Below are positions 16,554 to 27,770 of a stretch of 32,000 nucleotides of DNA, in pieces. Source of the stretch: Saccharolobus solfataricus (GTDB lineage: Archaea > Thermoproteota > Thermoprotei_A > Sulfolobales > Sulfolobaceae); contig NZ_LT549890.1 of the NCBI RefSeq assembly GCF_900079115.1, positions 1 through 32,000 of the forward strand, in the 5' to 3' direction. Positions within the stretch are counted from its first letter, which is position 1, and each line of letters opens with the position of its first letter. The translations under genes and the position numbers were made by a program. The notes beneath the pieces were generated by a model, which was not told the origin of the DNA, ran no database searches, and saw only the letters and a program-made list of their open reading frames with translations.

Positions 16554-18773
16554 GTGGAGATTCTAAGTGAAGTAAATGACAAGCTAAAAACGTTTAACGC
16601 TAAGATAGCTCACGTTCATACAGAAACTTTTCTGGAACCGGAATATGGACCATCCATAAACGAAATAGATATTGATGATAAGCTAAAGAAATCTATTATA
16701 GAATATGGAATAGAGAGATTATATAAATATCAATATGATGCATACCGAAAAATAAAAAATAAGGAAAACGTCATGATCATATCAGGTACTGGAACCGGTA
16801 AAACTGAAGCATTTTTAATCCCAATTCTAGACCTAGCATTAAAGGGCGAAAGAAGTGTTTTAGTTTATCCTACAAAAGCTCTAGCAAGGGATCAACTTAC
16901 TAGAGTTTACAAATTAGCAAGAGAATTAGGATTGAATGTTGGGATTTTCGATGGAGATACACCGGAAAAAGAGAGAGAAAGATTGTATAGAAATCCTCCT
17001 CACATACTAATAACTAATCCAGATATGATACATTTAGGCCTAGCTTTAAGTACTAGATTCAGGTTTTTGTTAAGAACTGCTGATCATTTTATATTTGATG
17101 AAGTTCATGTATATGAAGGCGTTTTAGGTGCTCATATAAGAAATCTAGCTGATAGAATCAAGGAATTTAAGAACGATATTCATATAGTAGCGTCAAGTGC
17201 CACAGTAGGCGCTACAAAATACTTGTTTGAGGAGCTGTTCGGGGTTGAGGGGGAAATAATAGAGGGGATAAGAAGAAGAAAAGGAATCGCAATACATAGC
17301 ATTATTGATAGTGGTAATTCTAGTAGGTGGACGTTGGCTGCTTATTTGGCGGCAGTTCTAGTTAAAAATGGGCTAAAAGTACTAGTGTTTACTGATTCTC
17401 AACAGATGGCAGAGTTAGTAGCTAAGATAGCTGATAGATTTAGAGTAAATCTAGAGGTGCATAGAGCAGGTTTAATTGCAGAAGAAAGGATAAAAGTAGA
17501 GGAGAAGCTAAGAAATGGAGAATTGGATGGAGTAGTGGCCACACCTACTTTAGAGCTAGGAATAGACATAGGAACCATTGATGCAGTAATAATGGCAGAG
17601 AATCCACCAAGTTATACTAAATACGTTCAGAGAGCTGGGAGAGCAGGGAGAAGGAATAACGCTGGTTTAGTATTTACAATCTTAGGAGATGATCCTATAG
17701 ATAGTTACTATCTTAGGCACCCAGAGGAGTTCTTTACCAGAAAAATACAAGCATTAACATTTGATCCTACAAACATAGAAGTAATTAAAATTCATGCTTT
17801 AGCATATTTGGCTGAAAAATATAGAGTAAAGTTGAATAATTTACCTCCTCTTTGGAAAAAAGCATATGAGATATTAGCTACCGAAAGCAGAGCTAAAATT
17901 GTAGGTAGTTATGTCTTAGCTACTCCAGAAACTAAAAAATATGTTGCCACAACCTCTCTTAGGAGTGTAGGCCCCATAGTAAGAATATATGAAGATAAGA
18001 AGAAAATCGGCGAAAGAGAACTGCCTGCGGCATTGCATGACCTATATCCAAATGCAGTATATTTGATTTCAAAGAAGACTTACATTATAGAGGAATTTGA
18101 TATTGACAGATTAATAGCAAAGGTAAGAAAAGTTAATAGTGAGTTATCGTATTACACTAAACCCCTTTATTCAATGGATCTATTGGAGTTTAATAAAAAA
18201 GATGAGAGAGAAGTATACGGAGAAAAAGTGGAATATGGGGACATGAAATTAGTCATGAGAGTGGAAGGTTATGTAACTTATGATGTATATTCTAAAAGGG
18301 GGAAAAATGAGTACTTTTATGAAAACCCTATTTCATTTACATATAATACGAAGGGGCTTCTAATATACCACCCATTAATAGATGACTTCACTCTCATAGA
18401 TCATATGGAGACCTACCATGCAACCGAGCACGTATTAATATCTGCAGCCAGAGTTGCCGCAGGAGCGTCGTTAACTGACTTGGGAGGAATAAGCTATCCT
18501 AGTGGACACGTTGTAATATACGACTCCTCCATAGGAGGAAGCGGAGTTTCTAAATTATTATTTGAAAGATTGGAGCAAGCTTACGAAGTTGCATTAGATA
18601 TAGTTAAGAGTTGCAATTGTGAGGATGGTTGTCCTAATTGTGTATACAGTCCATATTGTGGTAATAATAATAAATATTTATCTAGGAAAAAATCGTTAAG
18701 ATTAATAGACGGGTTAATAAAGGGTACAATAAAAGGAGTAAACAAGGATAGAGAGGGAAACCCAATTGCATAA
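16554..18773 (+). CDS. DEAD/DEAH-box superfamily 2 helicase with a C-terminal DUF1998 (MrfA/YprA-like zinc-binding) domain
   Basis: Motif [11 protein letters not shown], Ia [33 protein letters not shown]. The C-terminal [26 protein letters not shown] matches the DUF1998 4-Cys signature. GTG start. Confidence 0.8.
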   Translation: MEILSEVNDKLKTFNAKIAHVHTETFLEPEYGPSINEIDIDDKLKKSIIEYGIERLYKYQYDAYRKIKNKENVMIISGTGTGKTEAFLIPILDLALKGERSVLVYPTKALARDQLTRVYKLARELGLNVGIFDGDTPEKERERLYRNPPHILITNPDMIHLGLALSTRFRFLLRTADHFIFDEVHVYEGVLGAHIRNLADRIKEFKNDIHIVASSATVGATKYLFEELFGVEGEIIEGIRRRKGIAIHSIIDSGNSSRWTLAAYLAAVLVKNGLKVLVFTDSQQMAELVAKIADRFRVNLEVHRAGLIAEERIKVEEKLRNGELDGVVATPTLELGIDIGTIDAVIMAENPPSYTKYVQRAGRAGRRNNAGLVFTILGDDPIDSYYLRHPEEFFTRKIQALTFDPTNIEVIKIHALAYLAEKYRVKLNNLPPLWKKAYEILATESRAKIVGSYVLATPETKKYVATTSLRSVGPIVRIYEDKKKIGERELPAALHDLYPNAVYLISKKTYIIEEFDIDRLIAKVRKVNSELSYYTKPLYSMDLLEFNKKDEREVYGEKVEYGDMKLVMRVEGYVTYDVYSKRGKNEYFYENPISFTYNTKGLLIYHPLIDDFTLIDHMETYHATEHVLISAARVAAGASLTDLGGISYPSGHVVIYDSSIGGSGVSKLLFERLEQAYEVALDIVKSCNCEDGCPNCVYSPYCGNNNKYLSRKKSLRLIDGLIKGTIKGVNKDREGNPIA

Positions 18774-20625
18774 TAACTTTTACAGAATATTAAAGCCAAC
18801 AAAAGTAGGCAATGTTGAGGTAAAGAACGTAATAAAATACTCAGAAGGTATATCTATCTTACCAAATGCCGTACCTAGATATGAATACTTTAGGGGATTA
18901 GAGGGTGAGAATGTAATTGATTTCATTGATTATAAGGGTGTAGATGACTTAGGTGACAAGCTACGAGTAAAGGCTGGTACTAAATGGAGTGAAGTTCTGG
19001 AAAAATATAAAGTAGAATTTTGGTCTAATGCGGATTTTTCTATTGGAGGGTCTGTATTCTTTAATGACCCAATTACAGGCTTTAATGAATTTGGAAAGAT
19101 AAATGGGAGAGTTGAAGTTGATGCCTACTTGGATGGCAAATATTACTCTGGACGATATAAGGGTGGAATTGTAATACATGTCTATTTGAAAAAAGAGGAA
19201 AAGGAAATAGTGTATAAAAGGTTATATGGAAACTTATCCGAATTAATTTCTATTATAAAAAGTTGGTATACTTCAAGAATACCAGTATTTAGGGAAGTTA
19301 GTCTAGTAAAGAAAGATAAGGAGAGTTATATACTGGTATCATATCCCAAAACAAGAGAAGTACTGCTACAGGGTTTATTAAGCGAGTTTAACGAAGAAAG
19401 TTCACCTATTGTTGAGAAGATAGAGTATGAGTATTGGTATCTAGGTTACTCACCTCTAAACACAATTGATAGTATAATTAATCTTGCAAAAGAATCTCAG
19501 CTGTCGGTAATACGATTTAGAAAGGATGAAATCGCTTATTCAATTTACTCTAATAAGCGACTAGAGTCTATAAGAAACACTCTAGAGTATTCTACCATAG
19601 AGGGAGAAGGCTTATTCAATGGATGCATTCTATGCGGTAAATGTGTTAGTGTTTGCCCTTACGGTAAACAAACTAATGACGTATTCCATACTCCTCTTGG
19701 TTTCTATTCAATCACATATTTTGAGAAAGAGAACGATCTGGCTAATTGTCACATGTGTGGTTTATGTGAACAAGTTTGTCCTGTAAGATTAGATATCACT
19801 AATGAATTAAGAAAAGCTACAAAAATTAATCAAATATCCCCTAAGAATCTACTCAGAAGTATTAACAGCGATCTAAGTAGTGTTCTGATAATAACATCTT
19901 TATCAGAAGAACTTAATGATCAAATAATTAAGTCTCTTATATACTTAATTAAAAAAGGTAAGAGAGTAGGTATATTTTACCTAGCAGAAGACTTTTCGAA
20001 AATAGTGAAGAATGAGTTTAGTTTAGAGGGATTGTTAAAATTTAAAGAAATTTATACCATAACACCTGAAGAATATTTCTATTTACAGAAACTAAAGAAA
20101 AGGACTGTAATAGATATATACAATATACAATTATTAGCAATGAACGACTTAAAAATGAATAAAGATAACCTTCATATACCATGCTTGTTAGGGAGTGAGT
20201 TAAACGAGTCAAATTTTACTTGCACCAATGTGTTTCTTAATATCCTTAATAATAAGGATAATATTAATAGGACAATTGATAAAAAAGTTACACTATGCCC
20301 ATTAACTGCAAGGGAATTAAATATTAAAACACCGTTAGATTTAGTTGAAATAAACTTAGATGAAAATTATATTAGCGATTTTTACAAAAAGCTTGAGATC
20401 GGTACTAAAGATTTAGGAGAAGATATTGAGGAAGATTTAGGTTGGTACAAGGATATTGAGGATAGAATAGTAGATGAAGTATACTCTACACTAATAGATG
20501 GAATAATTAAAGGCGAGAACATAGAGAACTTAGTTCTACTGTATTTCAAACTAAATAGTATGGACTTAACCAAAAATATTAAAGAGATCTTAATGGATAA
20601 GTTAACTAAAATTATTTTCTCCTAA
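18766..20625 (+). CDS. FAD-binding (PCMH/GlcD-like)-like N-domain fused to a 2x[4Fe-4S] ferredoxin-type (GlcF/HdrD-like) domain; C-terminal domain uncharacterised
   Basis: [13 protein letters not shown]...SIGGSV resembles the FAD_binding_4 core. [12 protein letters not shown] and [12 protein letters not shown] are two CxxCxxCxxxCP cluster motifs. The C-terminal ~260 aa lacks intact CCG motifs. The ATG overlaps the helicase 3' end by 8 nt. Confidence 0.55.
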   Translation: MHNNFYRILKPTKVGNVEVKNVIKYSEGISILPNAVPRYEYFRGLEGENVIDFIDYKGVDDLGDKLRVKAGTKWSEVLEKYKVEFWSNADFSIGGSVFFNDPITGFNEFGKINGRVEVDAYLDGKYYSGRYKGGIVIHVYLKKEEKEIVYKRLYGNLSELISIIKSWYTSRIPVFREVSLVKKDKESYILVSYPKTREVLLQGLLSEFNEESSPIVEKIEYEYWYLGYSPLNTIDSIINLAKESQLSVIRFRKDEIAYSIYSNKRLESIRNTLEYSTIEGEGLFNGCILCGKCVSVCPYGKQTNDVFHTPLGFYSITYFEKENDLANCHMCGLCEQVCPVRLDITNELRKATKINQISPKNLLRSINSDLSSVLIITSLSEELNDQIIKSLIYLIKKGKRVGIFYLAEDFSKIVKNEFSLEGLLKFKEIYTITPEEYFYLQKLKKRTVIDIYNIQLLAMNDLKMNKDNLHIPCLLGSELNESNFTCTNVFLNILNNKDNINRTIDKKVTLCPLTARELNIKTPLDLVEINLDENYISDFYKKLEIGTKDLGEDIEEDLGWYKDIEDRIVDEVYSTLIDGIIKGENIENLVLLYFKLNSMDLTKNIKEILMDKLTKIIFS

Positions 20626-21160
20626 CAATATAAAGCAGATGGCCAATTTCTGGTAATATCAATTCCTTCATAGCTAATCTTACAGCGTCAGGTGAACCGG
20701 GCAACAGGAAAATTACCTTGTCGTTTATTATTCCAGCAGTAGCTTTTGTCAAATATGATGCGGATTTAACTTCAGGATCATTATAGCTCACCAGTCTAAA
20801 TACATCGGAAAAACCCTCGATTTCTCTATCGAATATTCTTCTTATAGTCTCTACTGTGACATCACTCTGCGTATAACCAGTACCGCCTGTTGATATAATT
20901 ACGTCAGTTTGGGAATTATCTAAGGCGTTTGCAAAAGCTTTAAGTATTTTTACTTTCTCATCCGGCACTAATTCGTAACCTATTATATTATAGTTCGATT
21001 GTATAATTAACTGTTTTATAATATCCCCGGACTCATCTATTAAAGGTTCCTTTCTCACTAATTTCTCATATCTAGAAGTACTTATTGTAATTACGTAAAA
21101 GTTTATATTAGTAGGAGCGTGTTGCCTATGTTGTTTATGAGCTGACATAAGATTATTCAA
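20612..21160 (-). CDS. moaB: Molybdenum cofactor biosynthesis protein MoaB/MogA family
   Basis: [14 protein letters not shown] and LPGSPDAV motifs of the MoCF_biosynth domain. Confidence 0.8.
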   Translation of the reverse strand: MNNLMSAHKQHRQHAPTNINFYVITISTSRYEKLVRKEPLIDESGDIIKQLIIQSNYNIIGYELVPDEKVKILKAFANALDNSQTDVIISTGGTGYTQSDVTVETIRRIFDREIEGFSDVFRLVSYNDPEVKSASYLTKATAGIINDKVIFLLPGSPDAVRLAMKELILPEIGHLLYIVRRK

Positions 21161-21163
21161 TCT

Positions 21164-21973
21164 TCAAAATGATTTTAACTTTACTATTTCAGCTATATCT
21201 AAATCCATATCGTTAAATTCATCCCTCACCAGAATCTTTCCTTTAATAAAAATTTCCATATTAGGTAATAGTTCTGTAAATCTAGTCCTAAAACTAGTTA
21301 AAATATACTCGTTGCCATGATTGTCAGTTACAAGATACTTTACTGGAATAGTAAATGGTTTAATTGATTTTAAAATTCTCACATATCCTTCAAATTCCTT
21401 TACTTCCCTAACTGGACCAAATTTTTCACATTGGACAATTTTAAATGTATATCCTCGCCCTTCAAAAATGCCTTCTAAAATCCTTTTACTTTTTAAAATC
21501 TTAAATGAAGAATAGTCTAGAGTCTCTATTTCAGACTCTTCGACAGTGGATAACGGTTTAGTGATCCCCTTTTTTCTTAACTCCTCTAAGACGTAATAAT
21601 GTTCTGGTTTGAAGCTCAAGAAGTCCATATCATTACCCTTGCCTAAATACAAATAGCTCCCAGTAATTCCTACATCTCCATTAAAAAAGCGCAGGAATTC
21701 TCTTACTCTGTTATTGAATATCTTAGCATTGAATGGATCTAAGATTTCACTTTCGTTTAGGGGAACTAAAGGTACATTAAATCCTATCTCATCAACATAT
21801 TTTAATAAATTGCTAAATTTAGTTCTTACTACTTCTAACGCATCATTTAACCTCTTGATCTTTACCCCATTGAATAATCTAGGTATTGCAACAGCATACC
21901 CATCTGGATGATAGCATCCTTTAATGCTCCATATTACATCTCTATATTTTAGAAAATAACCCTCAACTATCAT
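21164..21973 (-). CDS. Predicted Pol-beta-superfamily nucleotidyltransferase with a C-terminal OB-like domain (COG1665-like)
   Basis: ITGSYLYLGKGNDMDFL fits the G[SG]-x(n)-DxD minimal NTase motif. The gene lies 3 nt upstream of moaB on the same strand. Confidence 0.45.
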   Translation of the reverse strand: MIVEGYFLKYRDVIWSIKGCYHPDGYAVAIPRLFNGVKIKRLNDALEVVRTKFSNLLKYVDEIGFNVPLVPLNESEILDPFNAKIFNNRVREFLRFFNGDVGITGSYLYLGKGNDMDFLSFKPEHYYVLEELRKKGITKPLSTVEESEIETLDYSSFKILKSKRILEGIFEGRGYTFKIVQCEKFGPVREVKEFEGYVRILKSIKPFTIPVKYLVTDNHGNEYILTSFRTRFTELLPNMEIFIKGKILVRDEFNDMDLDIAEIVKLKSF

Positions 21974-21998
21974 ACTCTTAGTTAACTTTTTAATAACT

Positions 21999-23030
21999 AT
22001 GACTTATCAACATTACGATTTGAAGGTCATTATAGTCGGAGGAGGAATAGTAGGTAGTTCGATTTATAGATTGTTAAAGAAAAATGGAATTGAAGTACAA
22101 TTAATTGATCCTAAAGTAAAAAGACCATTTCCAAGTCTAATCCATTCTTTGTTGTTAAAGGGAAAAGATATTGAATTAGCTAAATTGTCTTTAAATTTTT
22201 ATAAAAAATTTAACATCCCTTATTACCCTTTTAAATCATACACTTTAGGTAAAATCAACTCTTCAATAATAGACTCGTGGATCTCTGCCGGAGTTAATAT
22301 TAACGTAAAATATGTAAATTGGATAAATGACCAGGCCATTGAGGCCATTGGCGGAGATGGATTAGTGTCCATCGGAAGTTTAATAAACAGTACAGAAAAG
22401 ATTATATATCAGTCCAATATTGTCATCGACAAGGGTAAGGGATTTGTTAAAATTAATAATAAACTATATGAAAGCGATTTGATAATTCTCTCTGCTGGAG
22501 CGTGGAGTAAATATTTAATTAACGTTAAGCTCCCTGTAAAGACTTACTATTGTTGGGCTTCACTATTTTTAAGTAAAAAGAAAGAGGTAGGATCTAATAT
22601 AATATATGATTACGTTAATAACTTCTATTCTAGACCAGTTATAGGGCTTGGATTTCCGTTAGCTATTATGGGAGATGGAAAAGCTATAGAAACTACTCCT
22701 TTACAGCAAAATATCTGTATAGAAGATAAGAATGAAGTTTCCGCTAGAATTTCCAGGAGGCTAGGTGAAGTCAAGGAGTTATATACTTCTGGTAGTTTTT
22801 GTGAAGCCACGCCAGACATGAGACCAGCATATGGAAAAATAGCTGAAAATGTATATTTTATAGGTGGATTTAACGGTTATGGAGCTGAGGTAGGGCCAGG
22901 GTTAGCTCATGTCCTTGTAGAGGAGATTTTATCTAAAAAAGAAGATACTTATTTTACGGAATATAGACTAGAAAGGCTTAATGGGTATGATGGCAATTTC
23001 GAAATAGGGCAAGAACCTCATGAGTTATAG
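21999..23030 (+). CDS. FAD-dependent oxidoreductase (DAO / glycine-oxidase-like family)
   Basis: N-terminal Rossmann motif VIIVGGGIVGSSI and a C-terminal GFNGYG motif typical of the DAO family. Confidence 0.7.
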   Translation: MTYQHYDLKVIIVGGGIVGSSIYRLLKKNGIEVQLIDPKVKRPFPSLIHSLLLKGKDIELAKLSLNFYKKFNIPYYPFKSYTLGKINSSIIDSWISAGVNINVKYVNWINDQAIEAIGGDGLVSIGSLINSTEKIIYQSNIVIDKGKGFVKINNKLYESDLIILSAGAWSKYLINVKLPVKTYYCWASLFLSKKKEVGSNIIYDYVNNFYSRPVIGLGFPLAIMGDGKAIETTPLQQNICIEDKNEVSARISRRLGEVKELYTSGSFCEATPDMRPAYGKIAENVYFIGGFNGYGAEVGPGLAHVLVEEILSKKEDTYFTEYRLERLNGYDGNFEIGQEPHEL

Positions 23031-23458
23031 ATTCTTAAATGAGCTTTTATCGTTTCATCCTCACTTATGGATAGCTTGCTAATTTCTAAATGAGACCTCT
23101 GCTTATCTCTACATTTTATGCAATCGTATAGTATCCACGCTCCTAAAAATTCGTCACCATAATAATATTTAATTCCTCTCCATCCCTCTTTGATAAGCAA
23201 ACTATCGGCTACTTTCTCATTCGTAGTTGGAAATGCCACCATTTTCTCTAATTTTATGTAATACGGAGAGTAATTCTTGAAATATTTTGCGTGTATAAGT
23301 ACTGAAAATGGTGTGTAAAATTCATCTATATCACTTACCTTAACTATTTGTACAATGTTATTATTGTCAACGTATATCGCTACGTTTCTATAATCTTGGA
23401 ACAGATCTTCCAGAAATGACCAAGGGGAAGGTTGTGATCCTAATAGCCATGATATCAT
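23018..23458 (-). CDS. Hypothetical protein (146 aa)
   Basis: Long ORF with an AAAATAAAAAA TATA equivalent on the - strand ~27 nt upstream of its ATG. I recognise no motif. Confidence 0.45.
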   Translation of the reverse strand: MISWLLGSQPSPWSFLEDLFQDYRNVAIYVDNNNIVQIVKVSDIDEFYTPFSVLIHAKYFKNYSPYYIKLEKMVAFPTTNEKVADSLLIKEGWRGIKYYYGDEFLGAWILYDCIKCRDKQRSHLEISKLSISEDETIKAHLRIYNS

Positions 23459-23498
23459 AGTTAGTAGACTTTTTAACTGGAAAATAAAAAATTATTTC

Positions 23499-23556
23499 GA
23501 AAATGATGAAGTGACGGTTTTCTGAGTTGTGAAGACCATTCCCCTCACTGAGGCAG
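23499..23556 (+). ncRNA. C/D box sRNA (2'-O-methylation guide)
   Basis: C box ATGATGA (23503-23509). 12-nt guide AGTGACGGTTTT. D' box CTGA (23522-23525). 3-nt spacer. C' box GTGAAGA (23529-23535). 12-nt guide CCATTCCCCTCA. D box CTGA (23548-23551). CTTTTTAAC (23469-23477) lies ~26 nt upstream of the predicted 5' end. Confidence 0.7.
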
Positions 23557-23563
23557 ATATTAT

Positions 23564-24181
23564 ATGAGATCCAAATTGATGTTTATTAGTGATCTAGAAA
23601 AATTAGCTAAAAGACTAGAGGAATTGTATGGAGATATAGAACTAGATGATATAGTACAAAGACTAATAGATTTTTATGAATTAGGATTCACAAATATTAA
23701 CCACTCCAGTCTACAATTAATATTATCTGCTTACTTCAAGAGTCTAGGCTATAGAGTATTCGTGGAGTATGAGAAGAAAGGAAAACTACTTGATCTCTAC
23801 GTTAGTGATGAAGATATGGGAATAGAAGTAGAATATGGTTATATACCCAATTCAGATGCCATAGATGCTGAAGAGTATCTATTAAGTAGAATTTCACTAA
23901 AAATTCTGAGGTATAGTAGTTTATCATCGAAGTTCTATATTGCAGTGCCCTCTTTTTATATGCCACCTATCCCCGAGGAATTAACAGCTGACGTAAAAGA
24001 TAAAGCAAAACTGAGGAGAGTAATTGAAATAATTAGAAAATTTTATAAAATTAATGATGTAACTTTTAATGATGTAAAATTAGCTAAAATTAATGGTATA
24101 ATATCTGTAGATATTAGCAACTTAAGTATAAGTGTAATCGATATTAGAAAGTATAAACAGCTAAAGGACTCTTACAAATAG
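23564..24181 (+). CDS. Hypothetical protein (205 aa), possibly a restriction-endonuclease-like fold
   Basis: [22 protein letters not shown] gives a D ... ExE pattern reminiscent of a degenerate PD-(D/E)XK core. There is no AT-rich TATA at -26. A GAGG Shine-Dalgarno-like element lies 10 nt upstream, inside the sRNA 3' end. Confidence 0.45.
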   Translation: MRSKLMFISDLEKLAKRLEELYGDIELDDIVQRLIDFYELGFTNINHSSLQLILSAYFKSLGYRVFVEYEKKGKLLDLYVSDEDMGIEVEYGYIPNSDAIDAEEYLLSRISLKILRYSSLSSKFYIAVPSFYMPPIPEELTADVKDKAKLRRVIEIIRKFYKINDVTFNDVKLAKINGIISVDISNLSISVIDIRKYKQLKDSYK

Positions 24182-24808
24182 ATAAAGAAATAGAAACGAT
24201 AAAAACGGCACAGAAATATTATCATCGATATACGGTAATAGTTCAGCAACGGTAGCAAGGATTCCGGCTATTAAACCAGGTATATTTAATACAAAGTAGC
24301 CTACTGTAGCGCAGAATATTAACATTCCCATTGATCCCCAAAGTCCTTTAACTCTCCTCTTATACACAAAATTTCTTATTATTCCGGTTATGCCATCACC
24401 AAAAGACATGAAGATTAAGGGAAGAACAGCAACGTAAATTAGATCAGTGCTAGTCCAATAATTGGGATCTAAAATAAACATTACTAATAAAACAGTCCCA
24501 AAGGAGAACGCGAAGAACACTTCCCCTAAATTTTCCTTATCCATAAACCAACTCATCTCTTTCCTTAGCACTCTTATGGTTATCAAATACGCCATAATGA
24601 GATAAGATGTAATTATTGGAACTAAGGGAGAGTTAAAAACAAATGGAGATAGTACTGCTACAATCCCCCCTCCTAACATGTGTATTGCCTTTCTAGTTAC
24701 ATATGCTCCGAATTTTTTTGAGATTAACTTAGAAATGTACAGAACAACAATCGCCACCCATATACTTAGCGCTATTCCCCAAGCGATATCGCTAATAGTT
24801 ATTAACAT
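24161..24808 (-). CDS. CTP-dependent polyprenol (dolichol/phytol) kinase-family membrane protein (COG0170-like)
   Basis: 6-7 TM helices. [11 protein letters not shown] and [11 protein letters not shown]...KGLWGSMGM match the conserved loops of the dolichol-kinase/VTE5 family. Confidence 0.55.
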   Translation of the reverse strand: MLITISDIAWGIALSIWVAIVVLYISKLISKKFGAYVTRKAIHMLGGGIVAVLSPFVFNSPLVPIITSYLIMAYLITIRVLRKEMSWFMDKENLGEVFFAFSFGTVLLVMFILDPNYWTSTDLIYVAVLPLIFMSFGDGITGIIRNFVYKRRVKGLWGSMGMLIFCATVGYFVLNIPGLIAGILATVAELLPYIDDNISVPFLSFLFLYLFVRVL

Positions 24809-24860
24809 CCACCATAATTCTCAATGAATCCTTTAAAAATTAATCCACAATAATCAAATT

Positions 24861-25478
24861 ATGCAATTATACAAATACTCATTAAAGGACGGATATTTGG
24901 TTCCAAATGAAAATGGTGATGTTACAGTATTCGTGGAAGGAAATTTTATCTCAATAACTGATAAAAACGGTAATAAGATAGAAGGCGCTAGATTTAAGTA
25001 TCTAGGGAATGAATACCTCCTCTTAGAAAAACTTAGGTATTTGGCGAAGTTAGTTAACGTAGATGTAGATGAGGATGTTCTTTTGGCTCACCCTACATTA
25101 AGAAATAGAACACTTGCAATAAACAAACTTATGGGCGAACTATTTGAAGTTTTCATTTATAATCTCTTGCTAGCAAAGGACTATAAGGTAAAAAGACAAT
25201 TTGAAATTTATCCTTCGCTTCGTAAATTCACTCATACTAGATGGCATAATAGGCCCGACTTTATAGTAGAAGACAAGCTCGTAATTGAGGCCAAAATTCA
25301 CAAAAATGATTACCTACAGACTCTAGAGTACTCTAAATATTTCAAGTACGGTATGGCAGTATTTCCATTTACTGGAGAGTGTAGAGTACCTAAAGGTTGG
25401 ATTTGTATATTTAACACCACAAAGGATCAGTCTAGATTCTACTCTCTTCTTGAAGATTTATTATCTAGAGTTAAGTAA
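24861..25478 (+). CDS. PD-(D/E)XK nuclease-superfamily protein (orphan)
   Basis: [10 protein letters not shown] (helix-1 Glu) followed by [18 protein letters not shown] gives a textbook PD ... ExK core. The N-terminal ~90 aa is a separate domain of unknown type. Confidence 0.55.
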   Translation: MQLYKYSLKDGYLVPNENGDVTVFVEGNFISITDKNGNKIEGARFKYLGNEYLLLEKLRYLAKLVNVDVDEDVLLAHPTLRNRTLAINKLMGELFEVFIYNLLLAKDYKVKRQFEIYPSLRKFTHTRWHNRPDFIVEDKLVIEAKIHKNDYLQTLEYSKYFKYGMAVFPFTGECRVPKGWICIFNTTKDQSRFYSLLEDLLSRVK

Positions 25479-25485
25479 TTGCCAT

Positions 25486-26679
25486 ATGGAAATTGGCACT
25501 CCCTTATTTGAAGGTTCGAAGAAAATCCTTCTACTTGGAAGTGGAGAGTTAGGAAAGGAAATGGCTATTGAGGCACAAAGAATGGGATTAGAAGTTGTTG
25601 CTTTAGATAGATACGATCTAGCTCCTGCCATGCACGTTGCTCACAGAAAGTATGTAGTAGATATGATGAATCCAAACGCTATTAAGGCAGTAGTGAAAAG
25701 GGAAAGACCAGATGCGATTATAGCTGAAATAGAGGCAATTAATACAGACGCATTAATTGAACTTGAAAGCAACGGCTTTAGAGTGGTTCCTAATGCAAAT
25801 GCAGTAAAAGCTTGCATGAATAGAATTGAATTAAGAAGATTTGCTGCAGAAAAACTTAAACTTCCAACTACGAAATACGCATTTGCCGAAAATGAAGAAG
25901 AGGTAAAACGAGCTTGTAAGGATATTGGTTTTCCTTGTCTGATTAAACCGGAGATGAGCTCTAGTGGGCATGGCCATGTATTAGTCAATAAAATCGAGAA
26001 TGTAGAGGAAGCTTATAGAGAGTCTATATCTCACGCTAGAGGTAAGAGTAGAAGAGTCATTGTAGAAGAGTTCGTAAAAATAGATACTGAGCTAACAGTA
26101 TTAACGTATAGATATCATTCGAATTCTGATAGCATAATAACTAAGACCATTGAACCAATAGAACATAAGAGACCAAGCTATTATTATGTTGAGTCATGGC
26201 ATCCTTCTAATGTAAGCCAAGGAGTGAAAGAGACTGCTAGGGGAATCGCACAAAAGGTTGCAGAAGAACTAGGAGGTCTAGGAATATATGGTGTTGAAAT
26301 AATAGTTAGTGGAAATAGAATTCTCTTTAGCGAAGTAGCGCCCAGACCCCATGATACTGGATTAGTTACATTAGCTAGTAGCGATATAAATGAATTCCAA
26401 ATTCATGTTAGAAGTGCAATAGGCTTGCCGACTCCAGAAGTTAAGTTAGTTTCCCCAGCGGCCTCTCATGTGATTTTAGCACAAACAGAAAATGTTTGGG
26501 GACCTAAATTTCTAAACATAGAGAAGGCAATGGAGATTCCGGGCGTACAAGTTAGGTTGTTCGGAAAACCTGTTACATACGAGAAGAGAAGAATGGGTGT
26601 AGTATTGGCAACTGGAAATAGTGTAGAAGAGGCGTTAGAAAAAGTTAGAAAGGCATCTTCAATAATATTAGTTAAGTGA
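25486..26679 (+). CDS. purT: Formate-dependent phosphoribosylglycinamide formyltransferase (GAR transformylase 2)
   Basis: [32 protein letters not shown]-terminus, ATP-grasp core ([14 protein letters not shown]) and C-terminal [10 protein letters not shown] prefer the ATG at 25486 over the track's TTG at 25450, which would overlap the upstream gene. Confidence 0.85.
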   Translation: MEIGTPLFEGSKKILLLGSGELGKEMAIEAQRMGLEVVALDRYDLAPAMHVAHRKYVVDMMNPNAIKAVVKRERPDAIIAEIEAINTDALIELESNGFRVVPNANAVKACMNRIELRRFAAEKLKLPTTKYAFAENEEEVKRACKDIGFPCLIKPEMSSSGHGHVLVNKIENVEEAYRESISHARGKSRRVIVEEFVKIDTELTVLTYRYHSNSDSIITKTIEPIEHKRPSYYYVESWHPSNVSQGVKETARGIAQKVAEELGGLGIYGVEIIVSGNRILFSEVAPRPHDTGLVTLASSDINEFQIHVRSAIGLPTPEVKLVSPAASHVILAQTENVWGPKFLNIEKAMEIPGVQVRLFGKPVTYEKRRMGVVLATGNSVEEALEKVRKASSIILVK

Positions 26680-27723
26680 ATGTATCTTCTTTATTAGACT
26701 TATAGTGTTTCTTATTTTCTCCATAACAAACTGCGACGATTTAGTTGAGAAGGAGTCATGAAGAGTTTCATATTCTAAGTCGTATATTCCAGCTATCTCG
26801 GCTATTGAAATTGTCCAAATTCTGGCAGTCGCATCGTAATTATATCCACCCCCACCTAACATTATGAGCCTACCATTAGAATATTCGTGAACTAGGCGAT
26901 GGATCTTGGTTACCACATCTAAATAGCCATGGGTAGATAATTTTAACTCAACTAAAGGGTCGTTAAAATGAGAATCACCACCTGCTACAAGAATAATTAG
27001 TTCTGGCTTATATCTTTCTATAGCGGGGACTACTATTTCGTCGAAGGCTAAGAGATAACCATCATCTCCAGTACCAGGTGGAAGAGGGATATTGATAGTA
27101 TACCCTTCCCCTTTCCCTAGCCCGATCTCGTTCACATCCCCGGTACCCGGGAAGAAATTAGGATGAAACATGTGTAAAGAAATTTTCAAAATATTATTAT
27201 CATCAATTAATAGCTCTTGTGTACCATCAGCGTGATGACCATCTATATCAACTATGGCTATTCTTGAAAAGAAACTCTCCCCTAATTTAGATATTAGAGC
27301 CACATCGTTAAAAACGCAAAAACCAGCTGCTCTATTCCTCTTTGCATGATGAAAACCTCCACCAATATTGATAGTGTGGTTAAATTCTCCACTTTTTATT
27401 AACTCTAATGCCTTTACACTACCACTTACTCTGATTAATGCCGCCTCATATATACCCTTAAACGCTGGAGTATCTCCGTCATCCAAATAGCCTTGACCCT
27501 CCTTACTTTTATATTTTACAAATTCTATATATTCTTTGGAGTGTACCAGCTGAAGAGCCTCTTCTGGAATCGACTTGGGTTCAACTAGTGTGATGAAATG
27601 AAATGCACCTCTTTCTTCTAGGAGCCTTTTAGTCATGCTTTCTCTCAGGGATTTAAATGGATGATAGTCTGGGAACGAATAGTTATAATATTCGTCTGTC
27701 CATATAAAAGCCGTTTTGTGCAA
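26668..27723 (-). CDS. Histone deacetylase-family enzyme (AcuC-like), paralog 2
   Basis: [31 protein letters not shown] and [10 protein letters not shown] motifs. Confidence 0.8.
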   Translation of the reverse strand: MHKTAFIWTDEYYNYSFPDYHPFKSLRESMTKRLLEERGAFHFITLVEPKSIPEEALQLVHSKEYIEFVKYKSKEGQGYLDDGDTPAFKGIYEAALIRVSGSVKALELIKSGEFNHTINIGGGFHHAKRNRAAGFCVFNDVALISKLGESFFSRIAIVDIDGHHADGTQELLIDDNNILKISLHMFHPNFFPGTGDVNEIGLGKGEGYTINIPLPPGTGDDGYLLAFDEIVVPAIERYKPELIILVAGGDSHFNDPLVELKLSTHGYLDVVTKIHRLVHEYSNGRLIMLGGGGYNYDATARIWTISIAEIAGIYDLEYETLHDSFSTKSSQFVMEKIRNTISLIKKIHSLN

Positions 27724-27770
27724 AGTATATCACTACTTTTTTATTTTTCAATTTAAAATACTTATCTAGT

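Noticed and set aside
25450-25485. TTG start at 25450 for purT, as given by the ORF track.
   Set aside because: It would overlap the upstream PD-(D/E)XK gene by 29 nt and add a non-conserved [12 protein letters not shown] extension. The ATG at 25486 gives the canonical PurT N-terminus (MEIGTP...[13 protein letters not shown]).
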